Positions 41,437 to 53,312 of a stretch of DNA of 64,000 bases are shown piece after piece. The position numbers and the translations under genes were made by a program. This stretch comes from Octopus bimaculoides. Its lineage: Eukaryota. The stretch is from assembly GCF_001194135.2 (NCBI RefSeq), contig NC_068984.1, positions 136,059,121-136,123,120 of the forward strand, written 5' to 3'. The notes under the pieces are model-generated. The model was not told the DNA's origin, ran no database searches, and saw only the letters and a program-made list of their open reading frames with translations. Numbering within the stretch: position 1 is the first letter of the stretch; each line of letters opens with the position of its first letter.

Positions 41437-44260
41437 TTTTTTGCAAATATTTTTTATTAAACTAACTATTCAGGTATCTCATTTTCCATCAATTGTAACT
41501 TGTAAGCTATCGCTTTCGACTGTATTTTTAGAGTATATGAATTGGCGATTTAATATCCTTAAACCGTAGCGTAATTTATCGCGTTTTGCATGCTCTTTCA
41601 AAGGTGAGTTATCTCAAGGGCAAACCTCAGGTTAAAGAGGAACATTGTGAGTGACGCCAGGTTCTTCGACCAGCCTCCTGCATTTCGAAGATGTCCACCA
41701 GAATTACAAGGACAACAACAGTCGGAGATGACAGCGTTAAGAAAAGGAGTAATTGTTAAGTTCATATATAATATGCTTAAATATTCCTGAAACTTACTAG
41801 AGCACGATGTTTTTAACTTCTAATTATTTTGAAATTTTCAGAATTATTTTGAATTTAAATCTGAAAGGCAGAATGAGAGTTTCCCCTCTAATTTTTCGGA
41901 TAGCAGAGATCGATCTATCATGCTATCGAATTTTGATTACTGACGTTAGACTAACAGCTCTTTGTCAAGAGTTACAAAACGAAATTGAAAAGAGTGAATG
42001 CTACACACAACAAAATTACTTTAACGAGTATTCACTACACACACTCACACACACACATACACACACACACGCGCGCATATATATTGTACGCATGCACACA
42101 TACACGCATGTGTACTGATACGTCCAATACAAGAGTAAAATATGCTACAGCGAATATATTTGTTATTATTTGCGAATTGTTAATGTTCAATTCGTTCTGC
42201 ATTTTATGAATAACTTCTTCATGAGAAGCTAAACAAACAAATCCATTTCTAAATAATAATTGCGCCACAGAAAGACTGACTGGGTCGATTGACTATCGAA
42301 TTTTGGTAAACTTCCAAGAAGCCCTTAACCTTTGTTAACAGCTGGTCAAATAGTTATCTCCTAGACAGGCAACCGAAATCATGTCGGGTCTTATTCATCG
42401 TTCAGAGCCAAAATATTCTAAATGCATCAAAGGGAGAAATAAACATAATGAAAAGGGAAATATCGTAAAAGTAATTAACGGTTTTATGACGCTCAAAATA
42501 ATGAAGGGTTTAGCAAACCAAATAACGTTTCTTATAATTGATTTGTCATTGTCAAATACTAAAAGCTTTCAATGATGCATAAAATCTCTTTATTTCCAAC
42601 CAATAAATCAGGTTTAGAGACAACGGAGGCAAAATACTGATCGTAAGCTAAAATTAAACAATATATCAGTTAATAACAAACTTATTTTTATTGCTAAGCG
42701 TAGAAACTTCCATTCGGTTAATTTATTGACCATTTCAGAATGGCAGATACTTGCCTTTTACTCAGTATTTGAAACTTTGCCAGGGTTCCTTTGAATATTT
42801 TATCAAATTTATATACGTCGATTACCATCTTGTTGGAATGTGATCTGCAGCTTCAATATTTTACGCTGAATTCACTAGTTATTCAGATATAAATTGAGAT
42901 TTTGGCGTCTGATCCAATATTTGTATTGAGAAGAACAATTTCTGAAAATCGTACATAAGCAAAAAATATGAATACTACTACAGCGATGTAATTAAACGTG
43001 TATGTTTATAAAAGGAAAATGAAACTATCAATGTCTCACAGAGAAACACATCTGAAAATGCATTGTACATAGTCGTTCAGTTGAATATAATCAAGTTCTT
43101 CCACACGCTGGCACATTCACATCAACAGAAACAGAAAATCGACCTATATACAAACGCATCACAGAGTTAGAGATGCACGCACAGAGGAATTCACATTATC
43201 GTTCACATTGACGTATTGTAATTCTTACGCGTATTCTTGCACCTATTACAGCGGCAACCATTTCCAATCTAAATTTGATAGCATACCTTTCAAATAAATT
43301 AGTATTTCATTTTATCTACATCTCATTTTCGAGAATATTGGTCAGCTTCACGCTTCCATCGAAAATTAATGTTTCTTTATTGAAGAAATACCTCTGGCAA
43401 AACTGATATCACTCTATTCTCCTCTTTGTCTTTATTTTTACATTAATTGCTTCTGTAGCTATCTTTCTATTCGATTTTCTCCGCGCGTTTATTTATAGCT
43501 TAACTTTGTTATTGTTTTATTACATTACCTCGTGCTCTGGTCAATTTCTATTTCCTATAGTAATAACATAAAAAAGAAAAGAAAAGGACGCGTGTTTGAA
43601 TTTCTCTGTCAAATACGATACGAAATATCAATGTAGCTTTGGCGTTCTGACAAGTAGATTTCTGGATAAGAAAGATAAACTCATCTGTTTAAATATTACA
43701 GGGTGAGAGAAGCTTAAAAAGTGACTTTAATCATTCCAACAAATAAATAATCGAGATCATACAAAGGTGTTACATAGAATTTAATTCCATTCAAGCAGAA
43801 AAGTTTTATGGCTAAAAGAAGAGTATCAAACTTTTATTAATAACCAGCAGTTTCCGTCAAACATTTATTCAGAAATTTATTGAGCAGCACTGACTATACG
43901 TTTACCAAATAAACCACAAATAAAATATTATCATGAACATTAGTTAACAGTGTACAAATATGTAACTGACTGTTTAAATTAATCATCACAAATGAGGTGA
44001 CATAGTGTTAGTGTTGTTATCGTTGGGTTGTTTAGCACCAGGTCAATTCCAATTCCTAAGATTTATGTCCAAAACCGTTTCATCTCTGACCACCCCAGCT
44101 TTTGTTTTCTTTCATATTTTTCCCCCTTTTATTTTTATAGCGTATCTAGTAGTAGATTAGTAAAGTGCGATTTGACAGCAATTTGGTCGCTCTGTCTAGT
44201 AGGACACGCGCTCTAACTTTTACCACCTCTGATAGCTTTTGCAGAACCATTATGCTCTAA

Positions 44261-44543
44261 CATTGTTTACAATATTTACATTCGTCTGATATTTGTCCTC
44301 GTCTTGTTTGTTGTTAACACAACATTTCGGCTGATATACCCTCCAGCCTTCTTCAGCAAGCTGTCAGTATCATTAGAGCGGCAGCAAAAACATTCTTTAC
44401 ACTTTTATATTCTGTGAACCTGGGTTCTCAGTTCTAAGGTATTTTTCGATGTTATTATTATTAGTGTTCAGGACACTGCTTGGAATCGAACTCTGAATCT
44501 TGGGGTTAGTAGACAGCGATCTTAACCATTACGCCATATGCAG
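44261..44543 (-). mobile_element. Family E tRNA-headed element with hammerhead-like motif, copy 2
   Basis: Minus strand: TGGCGTAATGG (A box), CTACTAACCCCAAGATTCAGAGTTCGATTCC (B box), short (AAT)n, then CTGAAGA-A-GGCTG-loop-CAGCC-GAAAT-GTT-GTGTT and tail. Confidence 0.85.
44315..44356 (-). ncRNA. Minimal type I hammerhead ribozyme motif (stem I 5' strand disrupted in this copy)
   Basis: Core CUGAAGA and GAAA, 5-bp stem II GGCUG/CAGCC, near-palindromic stem III AAUGUU, cleavage triplet GUU, stem I 3' strand GUGUU. The partner strand AACAC survives only in copy 1 (12918-12922). Confidence 0.65.
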
Positions 44544-44688
44544 TGGGCAATTATTTAGTGAATTTTAGAGCTTATAAATCTAATATTTTTCTATCTTTCC
44601 TTAGTACCGGTTCCTATATGTTGCACATATCTGCACTCGGTCTGCTTAGGAGATTGTTGTGTCCTAGCATATGTGCTGCTTCTTTTAG

Positions 44689-44741
44689 TGTAAATAATGT
44701 AAATAATGTACAGAATTCTTCATCTCTTAAATATAGAACTG
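44689..44741 (+). repeat. Family E tail-like segment in inverted orientation
   Basis: TGTAAATAATGTAAATAATG matches the reverse complement of 44261-44280 at 18/20. Confidence 0.7.
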
Positions 44742-44744
44742 CAT

Positions 44745-44825
44745 TACGCTCTAAGTTCAAATTTCGCCGGGAGACAGCTTTACTTTTCATCTATCTGGCC
44801 GATCAAATAAGGCACCGGTTGACTG
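44745..44825 (+). mobile_element. SINE family A core fragment
   Basis: CTAAGTTCAAATTTCGCCGGG...CTTTTCATC...GATCAAATAAGGCACC. Confidence 0.55.
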
Positions 44826-45500
44826 CAAGAGTTGATGGTATCAGTTATACACGTTTCTCAAAAATCATAGTCTTTGCAACAAAAGTCGACACCGTTATTT
44901 GCCACTTGATAGCATCGTTGGGGTAACGGCAAAGTATCTTGGTGTATATATTCCGGGTTTTTACATTCTGNNNNNNNNNNNNNNNNNNNNNNNNNNNNNN
45001 NNNNNNNNNNNNNNNNNNNNNNNNNNNNNNNNNNNNNNNNNNNNNNNNNNNNNNNNNNNNNNNNNNNNNNNNNNNNNNNNNNNNNNNNNNNNNNNNNNNN
45101 NNNNNNNNNNNNNNNNNNNNNNNNNNNNNNNNNNNNNNNNNNNNNNNNNNNNNNNNNNNNNNNNNNNNNNNNNNNNNNNNNNNNNNNNNNNNNNNNNNNN
45201 NNNNNNNNNNNNNNNNNNNNNNNNNNNNNNNNNNNNNNNNNNNNNNNNNNNNNNNNNNNNNNNNNNNNNNNNNNNNNNNNNNNNNNNNNNNNNNNNNNNN
45301 NNNNNNNNNNNNNNNNNNNNNNNNNNNNNNNNNNNNNNNNNNNNNNNNNNNNNNNNNNNNNNNNNNNNNNNNNNNNNNNNNNNNNNNNNNNNNNNNNNNN
45401 NNNNNNNNNNNNNNNNNNNNNNNNNNNNNNNNNNNNNNNNNNNNNNNNNNNNNNNNNNNNNNNNNNNNNNNNNNNNNNNNNNNNNNNNNNNNNNNNNNNN

Positions 45501-45539
<39 letters not shown>

Positions 45540-46479
45540 TATATGTATATACATATATTCATATATATATAAATGTAAATACATATATACATATACAATA
45601 TTAAAATTTTAAATTTCAAAAAAATTATTTCGTAAGATTGGAACATAGTACAATTTTACAGCGGCTACTTTCGATTTAGACACTACCTCCCAAGTGAACT
45701 CAACTAAACGAGGTCACAGACCAAGTATACCACTCAAATACTCTACATGTCTTTGAAGTCTGACAGAAAAAGAAACAAAAAAAGAAGAAAAATATCGGAA
45801 ACACATCGCAAGATATCTCCCCTGAGCCTCGAACGTCCTCCTCTTTCGACTTATTTTTCAGTACCAGAAAAATAAAAACGTAAATATTCTTAAATAACCA
45901 TCTTATAGCTTGCAATACTCGTATTTAGAGTGTTTGCTGTAGCGTCAAACATGCGTACAATTTTTGGGCGTCATTTGGCAAGCTGAGATATAAATCAGCT
46001 GCCAAATTAGCAAATTCATTAATGATCGCACTCGTAATACTTGTGTATTGTTAGACTTCATTCTTCAGATATTCCAACCAGAACATAACAGACGGTTGAA
46101 TGACCGTTTATACAATCTGTCTTTGAAAGGTTATGAAGTTTCGTACTACTGAATATGTATATGAGTCCCTATCCGATATTGTGCGCAGAGTAACGAGAAT
46201 TTATTTGTGAACAGGACTAGCTATATCTTTAGTTTCAGTTTATTGAGGGTCGTAAACATCAGGGTCGCTAACCCTAGCCCTAATTAAGTTCTTATAAAAG
46301 GACGCAAAATTTAACCAAGTCACGTGACAAGTTGATTACGAAAGAGCAATATTTTCAGGTGAAATTCGTATTTATTTAGTATTTGTATGAGTTTAAGGGG
46401 TAAAGTGAAGCAGGTGTAGCACTTTCAAAACGGCTCACACTGAAATTTGTGTAATATTCAGTAGAGTTAAACTATGGGT

Positions 46480-46648
46480 ATTCTTGTACTTCCTTCAGTC
46501 GTGTGACTGCCACCACGCTGGAGCACCACCTTGAAGAGTTTTAGTGGAACAAATCGAACGCAAAACGTATCCTATCGGTCGTTTTTGCACAATTTACATG
46601 GATGCAAACACATCAAGACCCATTATCAAGTAGTGATGGTGGAAAACA
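46480..46648 (-). mobile_element. SINE family B, old 3' half
   Basis: CAGTCGTGTGACTGCCACCACGCTGGAGCACCACCTTGAAG...AAATCGA...CTATCGGTC...AAACACATC. Confidence 0.65.
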
Positions 46649-46946
46649 TACATAATCAAACTACAAGCAATATTTTGGACCATCAGCCCCCAAAAAGTGT
46701 CATTTGACACGTAAAAATCCTACTCAACCCCCTTAATACTTGGTACCATTTTCATTCTAAGTCGGAATTTTTTTTATATGTTTACATTTTTGTATTAAAT
46801 GTATTTAATATTTGTTGTATACCGCCTTGCATAACCTGCCTGTCCTTACATTTAGTCCTCTACCTGCTCAAGTTCAGATCTCTTGAGTACTACGAAGAGC
46901 ATTCTATACATAGAATACCTGTCTCTAGTCTATAAACTATATATAT

Positions 46947-46992
<46 letters not shown>

Positions 46993-46994
<2 letters not shown>

Positions 46995-47157
46995 GACGAG
47001 CTTTTTTCAGTTTTCGTCTACCAAATCCACTCACAATATTTTGGTGGAACCGAGGCTATAGCAGAAAGCACTTCCCCAAGATGCTACGAAGCAGGACTGA
47101 AGCCGGAAGCATGTGGTCAGCAAGCAAGCTTCTTGCCAAACACCGACGCCTGCGCAT
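46993..47157 (-). mobile_element. SINE family B, 5' half
   Basis: CGACGAGCTTTTTTCAGTTTTCGTCTACCAAATCCACTCACAA...GAGGCTATAG...GCAAGCTTCTT...CGCCTGCGC. Confidence 0.8.
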
Positions 47158-48189
47158 GTGTTGTTCAAAATGCAGGCTTTTCTTCTGACAAATTCGCTTG
47201 CATCCTGAATGAAAAGGAAATATGTTAAAGTTGATGTTCTGTTACAGTTCAAATGATCTTTGATTTTGTTAATGCTTTACGAGAGTGCTAGTGTACAAGA
47301 ATATAACCCCTGTATGCCGAATCAGACGTAACGGTATATGGAGAACACAATCAAAGGCGAGCGGAGATTGTAGATCCATTGACAAAATACATTTCCCTGG
47401 CTATGCTCATAAAACGGAAGGAGAGGGGAATCGAAAACGATCCCAGAGATACATCGTTAGTTGAATCACCATTCCATGTTGTAATCTATATAAAAGAGGA
47501 TTCTTGTTATTTCTAAAAAGTTTATCTTGCTTTTGTCTGTTCATTCAAACAAGAAACTGATGAATGAAAAGTTGTGATATGGTATATAGTCACAGTTATT
47601 TATGTCTATGATGGTGATTTTGGGAATATGATATCGTTTTCTATCTGAATTTAGAGATTGCTATAGCGTAACGTTGCCGGATGTGGGTAGCGATGACGAG
47701 CACTCCGTAGGAAATTTCTCTCCGAGAAATGTAATAATTTGATGTAAAGGTGTATTAATATTACAGCAAAATCTAGAAAAACTACCCACTTAATAAGGTA
47801 GGAATATATCAGCCTTAAAATAATGAATTCGAAATATCAACGGAATATGTACAATGTTAACTCTACAACACATTGCTAACAGTTAATATATAGCAAAAAA
47901 AAAAATCGTCCTTTGCCTTATCTTGTTTGAATGTCATGTAACTTATTAATTTCTGCAAAGAAATTTTGCCCACGTCACACATCCTGCAACTGTAACTTGA
48001 TGGTCATTCATACCGCCAGCTATATATTTAGATAAGAGAGAGAATATCTTAAATAGACACATTAGTAAATGTGTTCCAAATTCAGAGCCTTTATTGCTCT
48101 CTTTGACACTTAAACGATTCTCCTTGTATATCACCTTACAAGGTCACGAGATTTTTGGAAGTGTGACGAAATACATTAACAGATATTGA

Positions 48190-48375
48190 TTTCAAATTTT
48201 GGCACACGGATAGTAATTTTGGAGTTGGACTTAAATTGATTACATCGACCCAGTGCAATTATTTTATTGATCCTGAAAGGATGGAAGGAAAAGTCGACCT
48301 TGGCGGTATATGAACTCAGCAGGTGGAGACGGATGGAATGCCGATAAGAATTCTGCTCGGCATATTAACGATTTT
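48190..48375 (-). mobile_element. SINE family A lacking its first ~15 nt, fused to SINE B
   Basis: GATTACATCGACCC...GAAAGGATGGAAGGAAAAGTCGACCTTGGCGG...TTAACGATTTTG. Confidence 0.75.
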
Positions 48376-48512
48376 GGAGCACCGCCTTTAGTCGAGCAAA
48401 TCGACCCCAGGACTTATTCTTTGGATGCCTAGTACTCTTTTGCCGAACCGCTAAGTTACGGGGACGTAAACACACCACCATCGGTTTCAAGCGATGTTGG
48501 GGGACAAACACA

Positions 48513-48548
<36 letters not shown>
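48376..48548 (-). mobile_element. SINE family B 3' half lacking its terminal ~30 nt
   Basis: GAGCACCGCCTTTAGTCGAGCAAATCGACCCCAGG...GCCGAACCGCTAAGTTACGGGGACG...GGGGACAAAC then (AC)n. Confidence 0.9.
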
Positions 48549-50566
48549 NNNNNNNNNNNNNNNNNNNNNNNNNNNNNNNNNNNNNNNNNNNNNNNNNNNN
48601 NNNNNNNNNNNNNNNNNNNNNNNNNNNNNNNNNNNNNNNNNNNNNNNNNNNNNNNNNNNNNNNNNNNNNNNNNNNNNNNNNNNNNNNNNNNNNNNNNNNN
48701 NNNNNNNNNNNNNNNNNNNNNNNNNNNNNNNNNNNNNNNNNNNNNNNNNNNNNNNNNNNNNNNNNNNNNNNNNNNNNNNNNNNNNNNNNNNNNNNNNNNN
48801 NNNNNNNNNNNNNNNNNNNNNNNNNNNNNNNNNNNNNNNNNNNNNNNNNNNNNNNNNNNNNNNNNNNNNNNNNNNNNNNNNNNNNNNNNNNNNNNNNNNN
48901 NNNNNNNNNNNNNNNNNNNNNNNNNNNNNNNNNNNNNNNNNNNNNNNNNNNNNNNNNNNNNNNNNNNNNNNNNNNNNNNNNNNNNNNNNNNNNNNNNNNN
49001 NNNNNNNNNNNNNNNNNNNNNNNNNNNNNNNNNNNNNNNNNNNNNNNNNNNNNNNNNNNNNNNNNNNNNNNNNNNNNNNNNNNNNNNNNNNNNNNNNNNN
49101 NNNNNNNNNNNNNNNNNNNNNNNNNNNNNNNNNNNNNNNNNNNNNNNNNNNNNNNNNNNNNNNNNNNNNNNNNNNNNNNNNNNNNNNNNNNNNNNNNNNN
49201 NNNNNNNNNNNNNNNNNNNNNNNNNNNNNNNNNNNNNNNNNNNNNNNNNNNNNNNNNNNNNNNNNNNNNNNNNNNNNNNNNNNNNNNNNNNNNNNNNNNN
49301 NNNNNNNNNNNNNNNNNNNNNNNNNNNNNNNNNNNNNNNNNNNNNNNNNNNNNNNNNNNNATACAACGAAATGAAATTAATGACTGTATTTGCTTCTTTC
49401 AAAACATATGCCGACTCTAAAACGATTCAATTTCTGATGTCCTCCTCATAAAATCAGTTATCAAGGATTTATTTTATTCTATCGTTATACAAAGTGAAAC
49501 CAAATACCTATACACGCTACGTTAATTTACTTTAATGTAAAATAATTTCTAGAAATAATGTAGAATTTCTTTCACGTTATACTTCTAGCTTACAAGAACC
49601 GCTCTCGATCCATAAGTTTTAATGACATTTCACTGCGTACATATATCATGTTTATGTGAATGACATAACAACCAAATGTCACATCAGGAACCGAAATTTC
49701 ACACTCAATCGATTTGTATATAAGTTTAAGTCATAAATGTTCTGCACCATTGAATCTCAAGATTATATGATTTGTTTGGTCACTACATCATTTTAGGAAA
49801 CTAATAAAGAAAATCAGCTAAGAAACATTTACTGTATTTCAGATCCATTCTACCTTGCTATTAGATAAATTACCAATTTAATACCCAAAGTGAACAGCGG
49901 ATTGTTCACTTTGGGTGATGTACAATAACATACGCTCCTATGTATTATTGTCTTAGGTAATTTTACCACGACTAGGAATACTACTGCTACAATAATACCA
50001 CAATTTCATATATTGCTGTAAGGATAGAGGCATATATTTATAGGGTTGGTGCTGTAAATAATTTATCGAACTTGGTAGGAAAAAATGTTATTTTATTCGT
50101 CCTTGAAAGCTGAAATATGATATTAGTTTCAGAATGAATCTATTCATAGTTTACCATTTAGTCTGATGGTGTTGCGCCCCTGCTACTGCGTTCTTTCCAA
50201 AATTAATCAGAATAAATTGAATAATATCTAATTGGTCGTAATCTCAATTGGGAATTAACACACTTGTAAAAGCCTGATCTAATAATAAGTATGCTTATTA
50301 TTTGAAATAATAATAATGTCTTATATTATAATAAGGATACGCATATCAGGTAGATGTTTAGCAGAATCGTTCACATTTATATTCAGCTGATACAATAGCT
50401 GATCATCTTACCAAGTTTCCCAATAAGAAAAAATAAATCCAACTTTGCCTTTTGCTTTCAGAGTATGAAAAGTTATTTTTACTAACGCTTTATTCATTTC
50501 ACAACTTCGAGATTCATTACGTCAATACAGACTTTCAGTCTCGTTAATAAACTTTTAGAAATGGAT

Positions 50567-50606
<40 letters not shown>

Positions 50607-50856
50607 TCAGTTGTGGGATTCGTTAGAAAGTAGGTGTTTCATTGTTTATGGCATGCAACGTATCGATTTTTTGGAGTAGTGTACACATTTTCTATATGAA
50701 TAGAAGGAGGTAGACAGAATTTTGTGTAATTATTTATTTAGTGCTTTCACCCCCTTTCAGAGATTCATCAGGAATGATCCTGGTGGATCACTGAAACAAG
50801 ATGAAAGCAGTAAATAAATAATTATCCAAACTAATTCTCACTACCTCCTTCTGCCT

Positions 50857-50892
<36 letters not shown>

Positions 50893-50897
<5 letters not shown>

Positions 50898-51238
50898 GGG
50901 TCTCAGACAAGTGGCTGTGGTCATGCTGGAGCACCACCGTGACTCTCCGTCTTTATGATGTGCTCTCTTCGCGTTCCTTGCATGGCTCTTCTCCTGCACC
51001 TGATATAGTACAATCAAGACTTTTGATGGCACATCTGGTGTATAAGAGAATTTGACATAGCTGCCCTAAACTGCGTCTCATTTCGAGCCATTGGTTCGTC
51101 TGGTATCGTGGAGAGGAAAGCGTCGAGTTTTGTCTTGAAGACCTCCACATCCGTGTCTTGCAGATCTCTCAAATGTTTTGGCAGGGCATTGAAGAGCTGA
51201 GGTCCTCTGAAACCGAGGCTGCTGCAGTATCTTGTTCT
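50893..51238 (-). mobile_element. CR1/L2-group LINE 3' end with intact C-terminal frame (51014-51238)
   Basis: Manual translation: RTRYCSSLGFRGPQLFNALPKHLRDLQDTDVEVFKTKLDAFLSTIPDEPMARNETQFRAAMSNSLIHQMCHQKS*. The 3' UTR ends GGTGGTGCTCCAGCATGACCACAGCCACTTGTCTGAGAC. Confidence 0.88.
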
Positions 51239-51418
51239 TATGTATATATATTTATATAAAGGGCATTATTACAGAAAAATAATAACGCNNNNNNNNNNNN
51301 NNNNNNNNNNNNNNNNNNNNNNNNNNNNNNNNNNNNNNNNNNNNNNNNNNNNNNNNNNNNNNNNNNNNNNNNNNNNNNNNNNNNNNNNNNNNNNNNNNNN
51401 NNNNNNNNNNNNNNNNNN

Positions 51419-51475
<57 letters not shown>

Positions 51476-51879
51476 TATATATATACACATATATATTATA
51501 TATATATATGTCTGTATATACATACATATATATGTGTGTATATATATATATAAATATGTGTGCTTGTATGTTTGTGCATAGGAGGGGGAGGAGGAGAGGA
51601 GGAGGAGGACTATTAGGATCCAGCGAAAAAGGAAAATAAGGACCGAAGTAACAACTGGGTACAAGATCAATATGAAAGGAAACATGCAAATATACAGAAG
51701 GCTCAATCAAACTACAGGCAAAGAACTCCCGAATAAATCAATTTGAGAAGGTTAATGCTTATTACAGTAGATTAAAGTGCTTCAATTAAATGCTGAAAGA
51801 TTCTACAGATATGTTAAGAAAAGAATACAAAGAAAACGTGACAGTATGACAGTATGACTCTTTTAGAAATTTAAGTGTA

Positions 51880-52440
51880 TTAGAATGGCGATATTAAGCA
51901 ACAAAAGTTTCCACAATAAAAATGCAAAAGAGATCAAATACGAACACCGCATGTTTGTGCCATCCATAGCCAACAAGGAACTCGTCAACTTATCAAGATT
52001 TTCAAAGAACTGGAAAGTTTCTGGGATCAATATGTTCCCCCACAAGTACCAAGGCGGTTATAGTAAGAGCATTCATTGATCTGATAAACAGATCAAACAT
52101 CTGGCTGGATACAAATGGAATCCCCCTAAACGAAAAGAAAATGAAAGGTTCACAAAATTATCGGCCTATAACATGCTTGCGAGCAACATATAAATCCTTT
52201 AGATCAATACTATGAAATAGATCGTTCATACACCTTGGAAGACTATAATATGTTACAAGCGAAATAGGGAATTCACTGGGAAAATATGTATGCCTGTAAT
52301 GGCCAACTACTTGTGAAATGTCTGAACACTGTAGAGTGTAAAATGAGGAAGGCTAACCTTAAGCGTGGTTTGGATTGACGACAGTAATGCGCTTGGTAAC
52401 ATTCCATATCCATACATAGAGGTTTCAATTAACCTATACA
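51880..52440 (+). mobile_element. R4/Dong-like reverse transcriptase remnant (heavily degenerate)
   Basis: In order: KNWKVSGIN (about 52006), NYRPITCL (52156-52179), TYKSFRSI, ECKMRKANL..VWID (to 52379). Matches NWKAPG.D / NYRPITCL / NL..AWIDY.KA. Confidence 0.75.
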
Positions 52441-52869
52441 AGTTATCTACGACCCTAACAAGACACATAAACGTTGTCAAGACAAAATGGTAAACTCTAA
52501 TGACGTGACAAAAAGTCCTGTTAAGTGCCGTCCTTTATCTATAAGAAGAGGAATATTACAATAAGACTCACAACTCTCCTTAGACTTTTGTTTGTTGAGC
52601 GAAATAGCAATGAAGTACAGATGATAAAACTATAAATAATATTTGCTCTCTTAAAATTATTTTCAAGGAATAACATACATGTGGAAATTCAACCAAAATT
52701 CTTCCTTAATTTGGATAAGACATGGAAATATATACGAGATTAGACAAATGTATCAAACCTTGAAAAAAAAGAAATGAAAATTTAATAAACGCAAACATAG
52801 TAGCAAAGCGCTGAGAATTAGATAACTATTCATATGGAGACAAAATATAGAAAACACAAAAATGAAGTA

Positions 52870-53090
52870 TTCTTTTCTACTTTAGGCACAAGGCCCAAAA
52901 TTTTGGGGGAGGAGGGCCAGTCGATGAGATCGAGACGAATACACGACTGGTACTTGATTTATCGACTCCGATAGGATGAAAAAGGCAAAATGGACCTCGG
53001 CGGAATTTGAACTCAGAACGTAACGACAGACGGAATACAGATAAGCATTTCGCCGGGCATGCTAACGTTTCTGCCAGCTTGCCGCTTTTC
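52870..53090 (-). mobile_element. SINE family A, tail type 2, tandem copy 1
   Basis: TTTCTACTTTAGGCACAAGGCCC...GGAATTTGAACTCAGAACG...CTGCCAGCTTGCCGCTTT. Confidence 0.9.
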
Positions 53091-53099
53091 AAAGATGAA

Positions 53100-53312
53100 A
53101 TATTCTTTTCTATTCAAGGCACAAGGCCCGAAATTATTGGGGAGGGGGACAGTCGATTAGATCGATCCCAATACTCAACTGGTACTTAATTTATCCAAAA
53201 GGATCAAAGGCAAAATGGACCTCGGCGGAATTTGAACTCAGAACGTAAAAACAGACGAAATACTGCTAAGCATTTCACCCGACGTGCTAACGTACCTCCC
53301 AGCTTGCTGCCT
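53100..53312 (-). mobile_element. SINE family A, tail type 2, tandem copy 2
   Basis: Same structure about 10 bp downstream of copy 1. Confidence 0.9.

Noticed and set aside
44470-44543. Functional tRNA gene (also 63934-64000 and the SINE A/B heads)
   Set aside because: Acceptor and anticodon stems are incomplete, and each head continues into a repeated SINE body.
46268-46290. Telomere-like CTAACCCTAGCCCTAA
   Set aside because: Only about two degenerate units; not an array.
50740-50810. Hammerhead-like CTGATGA...GAAA on the minus strand with a nearby hairpin
   Set aside because: I could not form a stem I adjacent to the core or a valid NUH/stem III arrangement.
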